The notes beneath the pieces are model-generated. The model had not been told where the DNA came from. It did not search any database and worked only from the letters and a program-made list of their open reading frames with translations. Shown in pieces: positions 37,420-49,330 of a stretch of 64,000 nucleotides of DNA. This DNA is from Okamejei kenojei. Its lineage: Eukaryota. Both the position numbers and the translations under genes were made by a program. Numbering within the stretch: the stretch's first letter is position 1; each line of letters begins with the position of its first letter. Location: the NCBI GenBank assembly GCA_035221665.1, contig CM069147.1:11036001-11100000 (forward strand). The letters run 5' to 3'.

Positions 37420-37860
37420 TTAAATGTAGGCTTGTTTTCACTGGAGTTTATAAGGATGAGGGGGAATCTTATGGAAACATTTAAAATTATAAAAGAACTG
37501 GACAAGCTAGATGCAGGAATTTTTTTTCCCAATGTTGGGTGAGTCCAGAACCAGGGGCCACTGTCTTAGAATAAAGGGGAGGTCATTTAAGACTGAGCTG
37601 AGAAAAAAACTTTTTTACCCAGAGAGTTGTGAATTTATGGAATTCCCTGCCACAGAGGGCAGTGGAGGCCAAATCACTGGATGGATTTAAGAGAGAGTTG
37701 GATAGAGCTCTAGGGGCTAGTGGAGTAAAGGGATATGGGGAGAAGGCAGGCACGGGTTATTGATAGCGGACGGTCAGCCATGATCATATTGAATGGCGAT
37801 GCTGGCTCGAAGGGCCGAATGGCCTCCTCCTGCACCTATTTTCTATGTTTCTATCTATGT
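37420..37860 (+). mobile_element. CR1 3' fragment nested in an older CR1 (about 37290-38380)
   Basis: GLFSLEFIRMRGNLMETFKII ... tggaattccctgccacagagggcagtggagg with a ttctatgtttctat tail; flanked by more decayed CR1 coding remnants. Confidence 0.85.
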
Positions 37861-39851
37861 ATCAGGGTCAGTCAATAGGCAAGAGTGTTTTCCTTTTATT
37901 TGTTGAGGCACTGAATAAAACAGGAAAGTTATGCTAGAATGCATAATGCCATTTAGACCATAGCATGAGTACAGTGTAAAGTTCTGGTCATCATATAACA
38001 GGAAAAATGTGGGGTTTTTTTGGGCAGTTTTAGATATTTAGCTATGAGAAATGAGGGTAGGGGAGGTTTTTGGGGACTTGATCAAAATTAATCATGTTTT
38101 AGGTGACTAATGGAGTGTTCGGAAGGCTCTGTTTCTCTTGGTAATTGGTAAACCAATTTGAAGGAACTAATGATTCAGTAGAGGTGTAGAATTTGCTGAC
38201 TAAAAAGATGATAGTGGTAGAAATCTTCATAATACTTAAAGTACTTGTACATGTGGTTAGAGTTGCGACCTGTGAGGCTATGGACCTACTGCTGGGAGGT
38301 AGAATTTAGTTCGCTAGTTATTTTTCAACTAGCACAAATAGGAAGGGCTGAATGGCCTCATCTGTATCATAATATTTCTGAAACTCTGAGAACGAGTTAT
38401 TTTATATTAAAATGCTTATCATTGGAGAATGCAAAGCTATAAAATTTAATGCATGATTCAGTAAAAATGATGTTTATGAGTATGCCTTGAAAAATAATTT
38501 GGGTGGAGATGTGGAACACAGCTGTTAATGTTTGTTGTCTCAAATCATTTGATATGTTTAAATGGGATCAAACTACCAGTGCTTTGAAGTTTTTGATATC
38601 ATCTGGCTGCACAGCGTGGAAAAAAAAGTTTGGTTTGGATTTTTTCTTAACCCTTTCCACACTATCCTACAGCTGAGTTGCACTTCTACCAATTTGTAAG
38701 TTTAACTTACAAAAACGATTGTGGTTAGGGACTGGTTGTAATATACAGATTTTTAGATATTGATCTTTAAATTAATTTTTAAGCACTTTATAGATCAGGA
38801 TACTGCCCTTTGCTTTGAGTTGTGCTAGACTTGACACTATTTACTTTTTGTTATTTTGCTGCTATTGAATCTGTTGTATAAAAGGATGTGAACGTTGTTT
38901 TTAAAGGGTTAACTTTAAAGAGAGAGTAATCTGTTCAGTTTTCCTCTTATTGCTACTAAAAATAAATTGCTAATTCAGTTGAGGCAATTTACATAGGAAT
39001 CGCATGTAATTTTGATCCCCTAGTTCTTGAGCACATCTGTGACTTGTGGGCCAGAGTTTGTTTGAACACCAGATGCATTCTTCTTCAGGATGCAATCATG
39101 AAGTAGCTATCTTCACACTGAGTTAGCATTCTAATGTTCAACAATACATTTGTTTCATACATGCCTTGTGTAATTATAGAAAATAGAATCTTGCAAGGAA
39201 CCAATTTCAATTTGCAAACTAAATTCCAAACTATAAAATACTTATTGCAAAATTGCAATTATTAATTGTGAAAATCATATTATTGTGTTCAATACACTAA
39301 AACAATCATTGTTGATATAGTGGATGAAAAATGTTTTTCCTGTGCGATTAGAAGCCAGAGATTAGGTGAATTGGTTCTGGTTTTATTTGAATCACAGTAA
39401 GATGGTTGTATGTTCCAGAGGAAATAATTTGATTTATTTTGGTTATCTCTCATTTTTAAAGAAATGGATGTTCATATATGATCAAGCCATCCACCAGTGC
39501 TCAAGAAAACTTTATTCCATTTCTCACCTTTCAACTTGGAAATAAAACTGAATTGAACAATTGTGTTGTTTTAATGATGTTGTTTCAAGGGATATGTCCT
39601 TGGTAGTCTTTCAATAATGCATAGGATCTTTGTATCCTTTGACAATGTCTTTGTCATTAAGATGAGCATTAAAATGTCAGTTTAAACTATGTACTTTACA
39701 CCGTGTAAGTCTTGATAACCACAGCCTCTGTTTGGTAAAGTACCTGTTAAGCTTTAGTCCCATATTAAAGGAGAAATAGTCAATTCAGTATGATTTGGTG
39801 CATTCTCATGTGTCTATCCATAACCTTAAATTATTTTTATCATCTTTGCAG

Positions 39852-40598
39852 TTTTAATCAAGCGGGAACATAACGATGAGCTAGAAATACCCACGATTCC
39901 TACTCTTCCAATGCCTATTGCACACACAGCTAATATGTCTGGTCTACATCAAGTTGGATCTCAGCTGCCTTCAGCGGATACTGGACACCATGAAAATTTG
40001 ACATCTGCTTCACAGAGGAACCTTGGACCTCCACTGCAGCAAACATATGTATCGATGATTTCTCCATCAGTACCATGTTTGCCGCATCTGCCATCACGAA
40101 GCATTAGCCCGGGTACTGAATGCCCCATTATGGCTCCCCTGGGGCACCAGTCTTTCCCAAAACCAGCTCTACCTATTGGGCCTTCTTACCAGCCTATGCA
40201 ATCTAGCATGATGTATAATGGACAACCAGGTCTTCCCATGAATTCTGTTTCTAGCCAGGGATATGAGAGAATATCTTATCAGCCGGATGTAGTTGGTCCA
40301 CTTCAAATGAATCTGGGATGTCAACAAATGCAACAAATGTACTGTTCTCCAAATCCAGGCCCGGCCTCATCGCCATCCCCAACAGCAACTCATCCTTTGG
40401 GACATTCGCCACACTCTGGACAATCGTCACCACAGCTACACAATCTATCAGGGCCCCCTCCACTGACGCATCACAATGTGGGTAATCCTTCCTCATTTTC
40501 AACACCAGAGAGAGCTTCACTGAACATTAAACAAGAGCCAGAGGACAATGAGCTACCTTTCCAGACCATTGGACTGCAGGATATAACACTTGATGATG
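39852..40598 (+). CDS. NFATC3: NFATC3 large C-terminal coding exon (probably exon 9)
   Basis: ctttgcag|tt acceptor, gatg|gtaagc donor, 747 bp, phase 1 to 1. Encodes (V)LIKREH...SYQPMQSSMMYNG...NLGCQ...IKQEPED...FQTIGLQDITLDD, which matches NFATC3 rather than other paralogues. Confidence 0.96.
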
Positions 40599-40744
40599 GT
40601 AAGCAATCTAACCTATTTTAAACATGGATTTTTTTTTTGTTTAAAAGAGCTTTATGCACTCATCCTGGTAAATTTTCATCTTATTACTACTAACCTCTTG
40701 CACTATGTAAATTGTGCTTATAATGCATTTCTTAAAAGAATATT

Positions 40745-40856
40745 CAGATCCAAATGTCACCTATCCATGCTCTCTCAAGATGCTGCCTGATTGGCTGTTA
40801 CACCAGCACGATTCCGTATCTTTTTGGTAAACCAGCATCTACAGTTCCTTGTGTCA
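40745..40856 (+). mobile_element. Penelope terminal-repeat fragment
   Basis: gtcacctatccatgctctctcaagatgctgcctga...taaaccagcatctacagttccttg. Confidence 0.7.
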
Positions 40857-41384
40857 TTATTTCCTTAACACACTCCAGCATTTTCCCTACCACTGATGTC
40901 AGGTTAACTTGTTTGTAGCCTCCAATCTCTTAAATACTGATTAAATAAGGAACAATAATATATATTCAGCTTTGCAGGTATATAATTTGAAAGACCAAAT
41001 TTTAATTAATTTGTTCCCAAACGTGGCGGCTCTCTTGTTGGAAATCGCAGAGGAAGGAAGCACTTTTGAAGTAGTTCTTGAGTTATCTTTCAATTTATTT
41101 ACTATAGTCAAAATGATATAAATCCGTTTTGTCGGACCTTGGATCAGTTAAACGCTGAGTGTTTTTATGATAAACAACCACATTTCCTTTCTTTACAAAT
41201 TCTATCTGATCAAGTCTACGAGGTGTTAAGCTTTTTGTGTGCAGTTAATATTTGATTATATTCCTGACTACTCATGAGCTGAGAGACCTTGTGGTTTCAG
41301 ACAGTGGGCTGAACCCTTCATTGCAGAATTCCCACCGTTATCTTGCTTACTTGCTGATAAATCTCTAGACTTGAAAGTCCAGCA

Positions 41385-42080
41385 TGCAGTAACTGAAAGT
41401 AAGCAGGCAGGCACAGCAGGCAGTGAAGAAAGTGAATGGCATGTTGGCCTTCATAACAAGATGAGTTGAATATAGCAGCAAAGAGGTCCTTCTGGAGTTA
41501 TACAGGGCCCTAGTGAGACCACACCCGATGTATTGTGTGCAGTTTTGGTCTCCAAATGTGAAGAAGGACCTTCTTGCTGTTAAGGGAGTGCAGTGTAGGT
41601 TCACATGTTTAATTCCCGGGATGGCGGGACTGTCATATGTTGATAGAATGGAGCGGCTGGGCTTGCATACTCCGGGGTTTAGAAGGATGAGAGGGGATCT
41701 TATTGAAACATATAAGATTATTAAGGTTTTGGACGCGCTAGAGGCAGGAAACATTTTCCTGATATTGTGGGAGTCCAGAACCAGGGGCCACAGTGTAAGA
41801 ATGAGGGGTAAGCCATTTAGAACGGAGATGAGGAAATACTTTTTCACATAGTTGTGAGTCTGGAATTCTCTGCCGCAGATGGCGGTGGAGGCCGGTTCCC
41901 TGGATGCTTTCAAGAGAAAGTTAGATAGAGCTCTTATAGATGGGTAGCAGAGTCAAGGGATATGGGGAGAAGGCAGGAATGGGGTACTGATTGTGGATGA
42001 TCAGCCATGATCACATGCATGGCAGTGCTAGCTCGAATGGCTGAATGGCCTACACCTGCACCTATTGTCTATTGTCCATA
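41385..42080 (+). mobile_element. CR1 3' fragment
   Basis: ORF RPHPMYCVQFWSP...RRMRGDLIETYKIIK...SRTRGHS; (tattgtc)n tail. Confidence 0.93.
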
Positions 42081-42357
42081 TTGCCTTTATTTGGGGATTT
42101 GGCAATTGAAGGTTAGTCAATGTGCAAGGGATTATTCTTGTCTTTGGAAGATCATAAAGCTGCTGCTTGTAAATCTGGTTTTGCAGCCTTTAACAAACCT
42201 AAGTAGTTTCTATTGCAGGGTTGCTTGGAACTTAACAATCTCTTCTGAAATCAAATAATTGAAGATGGTTTCCCAAAGAACCCCTGCAGGAAGCTTAGCT
42301 TGTCAATTGGCATCATAGATGACAACTATCTTGCTTTGCAAGATACTGATCGACTAC

Positions 42358-42472
42358 TAGTCCCAACCCGAAACGTCATCTATCCATGTTCTCCAAAGAT
42401 GCTGCCTGATTCGCTGAGTAGCGTCAACATGGTCTTTTTTTTGTAAATCAGCATCTGCTGTTCTTTGTTTCT
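42358..42472 (+). mobile_element. Penelope terminal-repeat fragment
   Basis: cccgaaacgtcatctatccatgttctccaaagatgctgcctga. Confidence 0.75.
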
Positions 42473-43590
42473 GTGTTCTTGTAATCCTCACCGAGTTCAG
42501 TTTTGCATGAACTCCTTGCTACATCATTTGTTGACCGTTGCCTTTACGTGGAACTTTTTCTACGATCAGTAGGTGAATGAATAAAAGAACCCTGCATGAG
42601 AGACTGAAGATTTGTGGGTCAGGCAAGACCAATACTTCATTTTCCTATGAAGAGATTCCTATATAATTTTAGAAGTGAAATTGCAGAGGTTCGAAACTGT
42701 AGAGTTTTGCAGCGGTATAAAACAATTTTGGGTCATATTATTTTGGTTATTTGAAATGCCAATTGTGTTATGTCACGTTTTGGTTTACAATCAGAGCATT
42801 TAATCTATGTCATGAAATGACTGCCTTGATCCGCAGATAACATTTAAAAATCTGTTTTTCAGAATAGTTGATGTGTACACTCTTTCAGATTAGTGTGCTG
42901 TGGGCTTTGATCACAATTATTTTTAAATATCTAATAGTTTCAATAATAATGACAAACATTTAAGGCCCTTCTTTACTAATGGTCCCAAACTCAACTTCAA
43001 AATAATGCATGCCTTATTTATTGCAGCATAACAGATGATAATTAATAAGACTATAAATGATACTCGGACATTTCTAGTATCAGTTTCTCATCTCCCCTTC
43101 CTAAACCTTGCCCACCCTACTATTGACAGATCTCAAGTAACTTAATGGGCCAGAGCTACATTTTTTTTCCTAGTGCAAAAATGGTTCTCTGAAGTTGCCA
43201 TTCCCAACTCCTCCTCCCCACCCACCCTTTGATCAAAATTGTGAAATTTATGTACTTACCACATAATCATCCATGATTCAAGCCAACTTGTGCATCCTGG
43301 ATTTTTGAATAGAAATAGGAGTTACAGCATTAGAGATCATACAATCAAATTGCCGTATTTAGTTTACGTAAAATTAACAACATATGACTGGTCAAACACA
43401 TTTTAATAATTTCAGAATATCATGGTTCAGAATTGGAATTTGATTTATTCAGTCTAAAACTAATTTTGTGCTATTTATTTATATTCATGAACATGATTTT
43501 TCCATTTATGCTCCTATTGTGTGTAAACCATTCACTTAAGTCACCAAATAAGCTAAACCGACTTTAAAGTTTTCGATTTGATCTATAGTC

Positions 43591-45009
43591 CATTGTTTAA
43601 AAAGGGTTCAAAGAATAAACCTAGCAATTATAGACATGTTAGTTTGACGTAGTGGTGGGCAAATTAATGGAAAGGATACTTGGAGATAATATATATTAGC
43701 ATCTGGATAAGCAGGGTCTGATCAGGAACAGCCAACATGGATTTGTGCCTGGAAGGTCATGTTTGACAAACCTTCTTGAATTTTTTTAAGAGGTTACTAG
43801 GGAAATTGATGAGGGTAAAGCAGTGGATGTTGTCTATATGGATTTCAGTAAGGCCTTTGACAAGGTTCCCCATGGAAAGTTGGTTAAGAAGGTTCAATCT
43901 TTGGGTGTTAATGGCGGAGTAGCAAGATGGATTCAACAGTGGCTGAATGGGAGATGTCAGAGAGTAATGGTGGATGGCTGTTTGTCAGATTGGAAGCCGG
44001 TGACTAGTGGGGTGCCTCAGGGATCTGTGTTGGGTCCACTCTTGTTTGTCATGTACATCAATGATCTGGATGATGGGGTGGAAAATTGGATAAGTAAGTA
44101 TGCAGATGATACTAAGATAGGTGGCGTTGTGGATAATGAAGTAGATTTTCAAAGTCTACAGAGAGATTTGGGCCATTTGGAAGAGTGGGCTGAAAGATCG
44201 CAGAAGGATTTTAATGCTGAAAGTGTGAAGTGCTACATCTTGGCAGGACAAATCAAAATAGGACGTACATGGTAAATGGTAGGGAATTGAGAAATGCTGT
44301 GGAACGGGGATCTAGGAATAACTGTGCATAGTTCCCTTTAGGTGGAATCGCATGTAGATAGGGTGGTAAAGAAAGCCTTTGGTGTGCTGGCCTTTATAAA
44401 TCAGAGCATTGAAAAAAGGAGTAGGGAAGTAATGTTAAAATTGTACAAGGCATTGGTGAGACCAATTCTGGAGTATGGTGTACAATTTTGGTCGCCTAAT
44501 TATAGGAAGGATGTCAACAAAATAGAGAGAGTACAGAGGAGATTTACTAGAATGTTGCCTGGGTTCCATCAACTAAGTTACAGAGAAAGGTTGAACAAGT
44601 TAGGTCTTTATTCTTTGGAGTGCAAAAGGTTAAGGGGGGACTTGATTGAGGTCTTTAAAATGATGAAAGGGATAGACAGAGTTGACGTGGATAAGCTTTT
44701 CCCGTTGAGGGTAGGGAAGATTCAAACAAGAGGGCATGACATGAGAATTAAGGGACAGAAGTTTAGGGGTAACATGAGGTGGAACTTCTTTACTCAGAGA
44801 GTGGTGGCTGTGTGGATGAGCTTCCAGCAGAAGTGGTGGAGGCAGGACCGATTTTAACATTTAAAAGTGAAGTGGATGGGTATATGGACGGGAAGGGAAT
44901 GGAGGGGTATGGTCTGAGTGCAGGTAGATGGGACTAGGGGAAAATAAATGTTCGGCACGGACTGGAAGGGCCGAGAGGGCATGTTTCCGTGCTGTTATTG
45001 TTATATGGT
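43591..45009 (+). mobile_element. Young 5'-truncated CR1 LINE with RT domain (frameshifted) and 7-bp TSD
   Basis: VDVVYMDFSKAFDKVPH, GVPQGSVLGPLLF, YADDTK, RPILEYGVQFWSP; tatagtc at 43584-43590 and 45010-45016. Confidence 0.95.
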
Positions 45010-45899
45010 TATAGTCTTGGCTCATTTTGTTAATCTGGCACTGGGTAATAAGGGAATGTGCTTGGTGTTTTCACATGTTATCATTCAGATGTATGGTTGC
45101 AGAGTAATATGATCTCACGTTGATGCACTTCGTGGGTACAAGAATACCATTGCACATGTGGAGCCAAAGCTCAGCAAGGAAAGCCTTTTGAAGAGAGAGC
45201 AAAAAAGATAGTGAAAATGGAGAAATCCTTTTTTGATAAATCATGGTGCTAATAAATTAGTAGAGACCAATTATTCATATTGCAAAACTAGAATTTGTGA
45301 ATGTAGTGAAATTTGATGCTTTAACGTGAAAGTGTAATTTACAAATATTTAAGATGCAAGTCTTCAAAAGCTTAAGTAAATATGATGGAGCATCTTTGGG
45401 CTACTGAATTCAAATTTAATTTATTATGGAGCTTTACATACCTTTGCAAATCTTTGTTTATACAGTTGAATGTTGAGCTCCGAAATGGACTGCTATAGTC
45501 TATTATCGTGTGCCATAAAGGGCACTGCAATTGAGAATAAAGAATTCAACATACCAATTGTGATCTTTTGATGAAGATGATGCTTTGAAAATCATCTTTA
45601 GTGCGAAATGAAATGTTTTGGCATTTCCACATTCATCGTCTACTCGTTACAGACAAATCTCCCCTGTACATGTTGATGGGATGGACCACGATACTTGTGA
45701 CAATATAGTGGAGGGCTTCTCCATTCACGTTATGTAGCACTCTCATCATGTTAATGGAGAAGGATTGAATGTAGGTGGGAAATGCAAGCATTTGGGTCCC
45801 TGCAGGCAAAGGAGGAAAGTTAACATGCAGCTTGTTTCTACTCAATTTTGGAAGTTCACTTGTAGTTTACCACGATAATTCATGAAGCAAGATATTCGA

Positions 45900-46145
45900 T
45901 TTGATTTGATTTTATTACTTGTCATTTGAACCTCAGAGAGGCTCGAACGAAACTCCGTTTCTACAAGCCATACAAACAGAACAATTCATTAAAAAAACGC
46001 ACAAACAATTCAATTCACACAAACATCCATCACAGTGAATCTCCTCCTCACTGTGATGGAAGGCAAAGTTCTTCTCTCTCCCCCGCACCATTTCTCTCCC
46101 GATGTCGAAGCCCCAGGCGGGCGGTGTTAAGTCCCACGTCCATTC
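45900..46145 (-). mobile_element. Truncated relative of the 10685-11320 retroposon
   Basis: (gattt)n tail, tttattacttgtca and the shared aaacatcc..caca...ctgtg.tggaaggca segment. Confidence 0.6.
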
Positions 46146-47034
46146 AAAGACGTTAAAATGTGGTTTTTATTTCAAAGTTGTTTAGTTTGATGCTATTTAA
46201 TTGTGGAATTGTGCTATAATATGATTTTGAGCCTGTCAATTATGTGTAATTATTTACAATTTCAAAAATATTTAACAATTGTATTTTTTCTTAATGCACT
46301 ATAAAGATAAATATGGTGCAAAGAATAGTTTTCTAATTTTGCCGCAAAGAGTGAATAATGTACAAGCTTGCTAGGACTTGAAAGATGGTTGATACATTGA
46401 TGATGAACTATCCAGTGTTATCTACAAAAACATTCACCATCAACACTCATTTAACCAACTAATCTACATAATTATACTGTGTGCAATATAAATGAAACAA
46501 AATATTAATCTCTTAATTTGCATAATTGCATTAAAATGTTATAACTTTGAATTTGTGAACTACATTTAAATTTCAAAGGTTTCAATAACCTAAATTCAAA
46601 CCTTGTATTACTTTCTCAGAAGGAAGCCTCAAAATAATTCATTATACAAGAACATTTCACAGTAATACTGGTGTTAATTATGTGGTCTTTGCCTCTGCTA
46701 AGCGCACACATTTTTAAGAAAAGTTAATAAATGTCATTCAGTTGTGATGTGCTATAACTTCCTCGATGCTCTTGCAAGTTTATATTGAATGATGTCACTG
46801 CCCTCCACCACTTTCTTTCATTTATTGCCTGGCTCAATGGGGCTTACATTATTTGGAACCGTTCTTGCCATTCTGATTACGGTAATTCCCGTATAGCTTT
46901 CCCTATATTATTCCAATTGCACTCTTTAATAATGCACATATGCACATCCACTCCCCAGAACTTTTCATTCTTCAGGTTCTTCTGGCTATTTACTTTTAAT
47001 ATTCACTTTTTTAATCAAATCAGTTAAACTTTAG

Positions 47035-47320
47035 TATGGAGATACAGTGAGGAAACGGGCCTTTTGGTCCACCAAGTCCACTCTGACCAAACTGTATACT
47101 AGCTCTATCCTGCACATTAGGGACTGTTTACGAAATCCAATTAACCTAGAAATCTTCGTCTTTGGAGTGTGGGATGAAACCAGAGCACCCGGCGAAAACC
47201 CATGCGGTCACAGGGAAAATGTACAACTCTGTGCTGAAATGCAAATGTAGTCTGGATCGAACCTCAGTCTCTGGCTCCGTAAGGCAGCAACTCTACTGCT
47301 GCACCAATATGCTGCCCTAA
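47035..47320 (-). mobile_element. V-SINE (HE1-like)
   Basis: gtgggatgaaaccagagcacccggcgaaaacccatgcggtcacaggg; ggatcgaacc is the B-box reverse complement. Confidence 0.85.
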
Positions 47321-48644
47321 CATCTACACAGTTGCACCAATAGCTTAAAATCTGTTTCATGGTTATATATTTGTGTCATTTTTAATCATTAGATCTTCTG
47401 TTTAATGCAAGTTGCTATATTTCTGTGGGTGTAATGTGTTATAGTGCATACAACATCAGGCTGTTGGTTCCCTGCACTTCGTTCTCTTTGACTCCACTGT
47501 GGTGCTTTTGCCATTTACCTACATTGAGGAGTAGCCAGATAATCCACTGGGATATCTTTGGGATGTGACAGAAAACTAGACCACCCAGAAGTTCAAGCAG
47601 TCATCAAGAGAGCAGACAAATTCAGCGCCAGGATTAAAACTGGCTTGCAGGAACAATGAGGCAGCACCACTCACTGCCAACTCACTGTGCACATTTTGAT
47701 GAAACACTGGTTGTAAATGTGAATTGAAGTCTATTCGGAGAGAGACAAAAACATATTAAACCATTCTTAATATTCTACAGCATTACTCAAAAATTACGTT
47801 ATTTTAAATGATTCTATTTGCACACTCTTGTATCATCATGAAGTTCCCATGTCTACCAAATGTTTCTTGATCCGGCTAGCACAAAAAGATTGCAGCTGTT
47901 GCTCCACTATGAGAATAATCTGAGCTAATTATAGGTGAAGGCTGCTGCTATGGTGAAAGTTGACACTGTACCACTTACAGGTTTCACTCAGCCACAGACA
48001 AATCTAAATATACTTCACTGGATAATCTGGTGCAGCTACAGGGAATCTCTCCGTACCCACAGCTGTTAAAACTGGGCCTTTAGATGACAAGCTGCAGGCA
48101 ATGTATCTTAAACTTCTTTGAGCCTGACCGTTAATCTGACTAATTGATTCTAAGGACCAAATTGTTTTCAGCATTCACTGGACTTTCAGTGGGAGTAGCT
48201 AAGATTAAACAATGGAAGCTCATAAACAAAATGATGAGCAATGAACCTGCTGCTGCTAAATAGAATGTGGGCAATACAGAACTTTATACCATCAGTTCAT
48301 TCCCATCGTTGACTTCAATGTATTGAATGAATCAACAGACATCAAACCATAGGTGGCTGCAAAATGAGATGGTATTTCTTAAAGCTGTATCTCCTCAAGA
48401 GGTGTGCTATTGTGGCAGGAACTTGTTTTGGCGGATAGAAGAGTTTGGAGCTTGTGAAGAATTACCCAATTGGAGAAGGGGGTGAAATTTGAGGCTTTCA
48501 AACAGTGCACTGGAAATCAAGTGTGAGGGAGTCCTGCGAACACATGGCGTGAAAGAAGCCTGGAGAAAAGTACACAGATGGCAGGGGAGATGAATCTTTA
48601 TGAAGATATCCAAATTGAAGGCCTGATGTCTTGTACATTGTTTT

Positions 48645-49330
48645 CAAGTCAAGGGTGTTTTAATGTCATATGTCCCTGATAGAACAATGACAATTTTACT
48701 TGCAACAGCACAACAGAATATGTAAACATAGTACACTGTAAACAATATAATGAACGAGAAAAAAAAAGTTCTGTATAATAGAAGCACACGCACAAGCAAA
48801 TACACAAGCAAACACACGTACATATACACGAGCGAGTACACGCGCACGCACACACACAGGCAAACACATACGCACACACAAGCAAACATATGCACACATA
48901 CAAGTAAACAATAGTGCAAAAAAGACAAAACTAATGCTCCCAAGTCAACATAGTTCTGAGCGTATTTGGAGGTTGTAGTGTTTAATAGCCTGATGGCTGT
49001 GGGGAGAAGCTGCTCCTGAACCGGCTCATTATAGTTTTCAGGCTTATATATCTTATTCCTGATGGCAGGGCTGAAATGAGTGTGTGACCAGGGTGGTGTG
49101 GGTCTCTGGTGATGCTGGCTGCCTTTTTTGCTTCAGTAAATCCCTTTGATGGTGGGGAGGTCAGAACCCCTTGATGAACTGGGCAGTGTTAACCACTTTT
49201 TGCAGTCTTATTCGCGCCAGGGCATTCAAGTTGCTGAACTAGGATGTGTTGCAACCAGTCAATATGCTCTCTTCTGTATACCCGTAGAAGTTGAATAGAG
49301 TCTTTCGACATACCAAATCTGATGTTAAGG
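48645..49330 (-). mobile_element. Rex1/Babar-type LINE 3' end with a CA-rich low-complexity UTR
   Basis: Minus strand reads FNFY...ESILTGC...RLQKVVNTAQ...KKAASI.RDPHHPGH...LPSG.RY. Confidence 0.8.

Noticed and set aside
42572-42583. gtgaatgaa (VNE) as the start of the NFATC3 last exon
   Set aside because: Wrong phase for the 40598 donor and followed immediately by a stop codon.
43823-44857. Active reverse transcriptase gene
   Set aside because: 5'-truncated, lacks the endonuclease and is split by frameshifts; a dead CR1 copy.
48644-48943. Cys/Val-rich ORFs resembling membrane or metal-binding peptides
   Set aside because: Translations of a degenerate (TG)n tract within a LINE 3' UTR.
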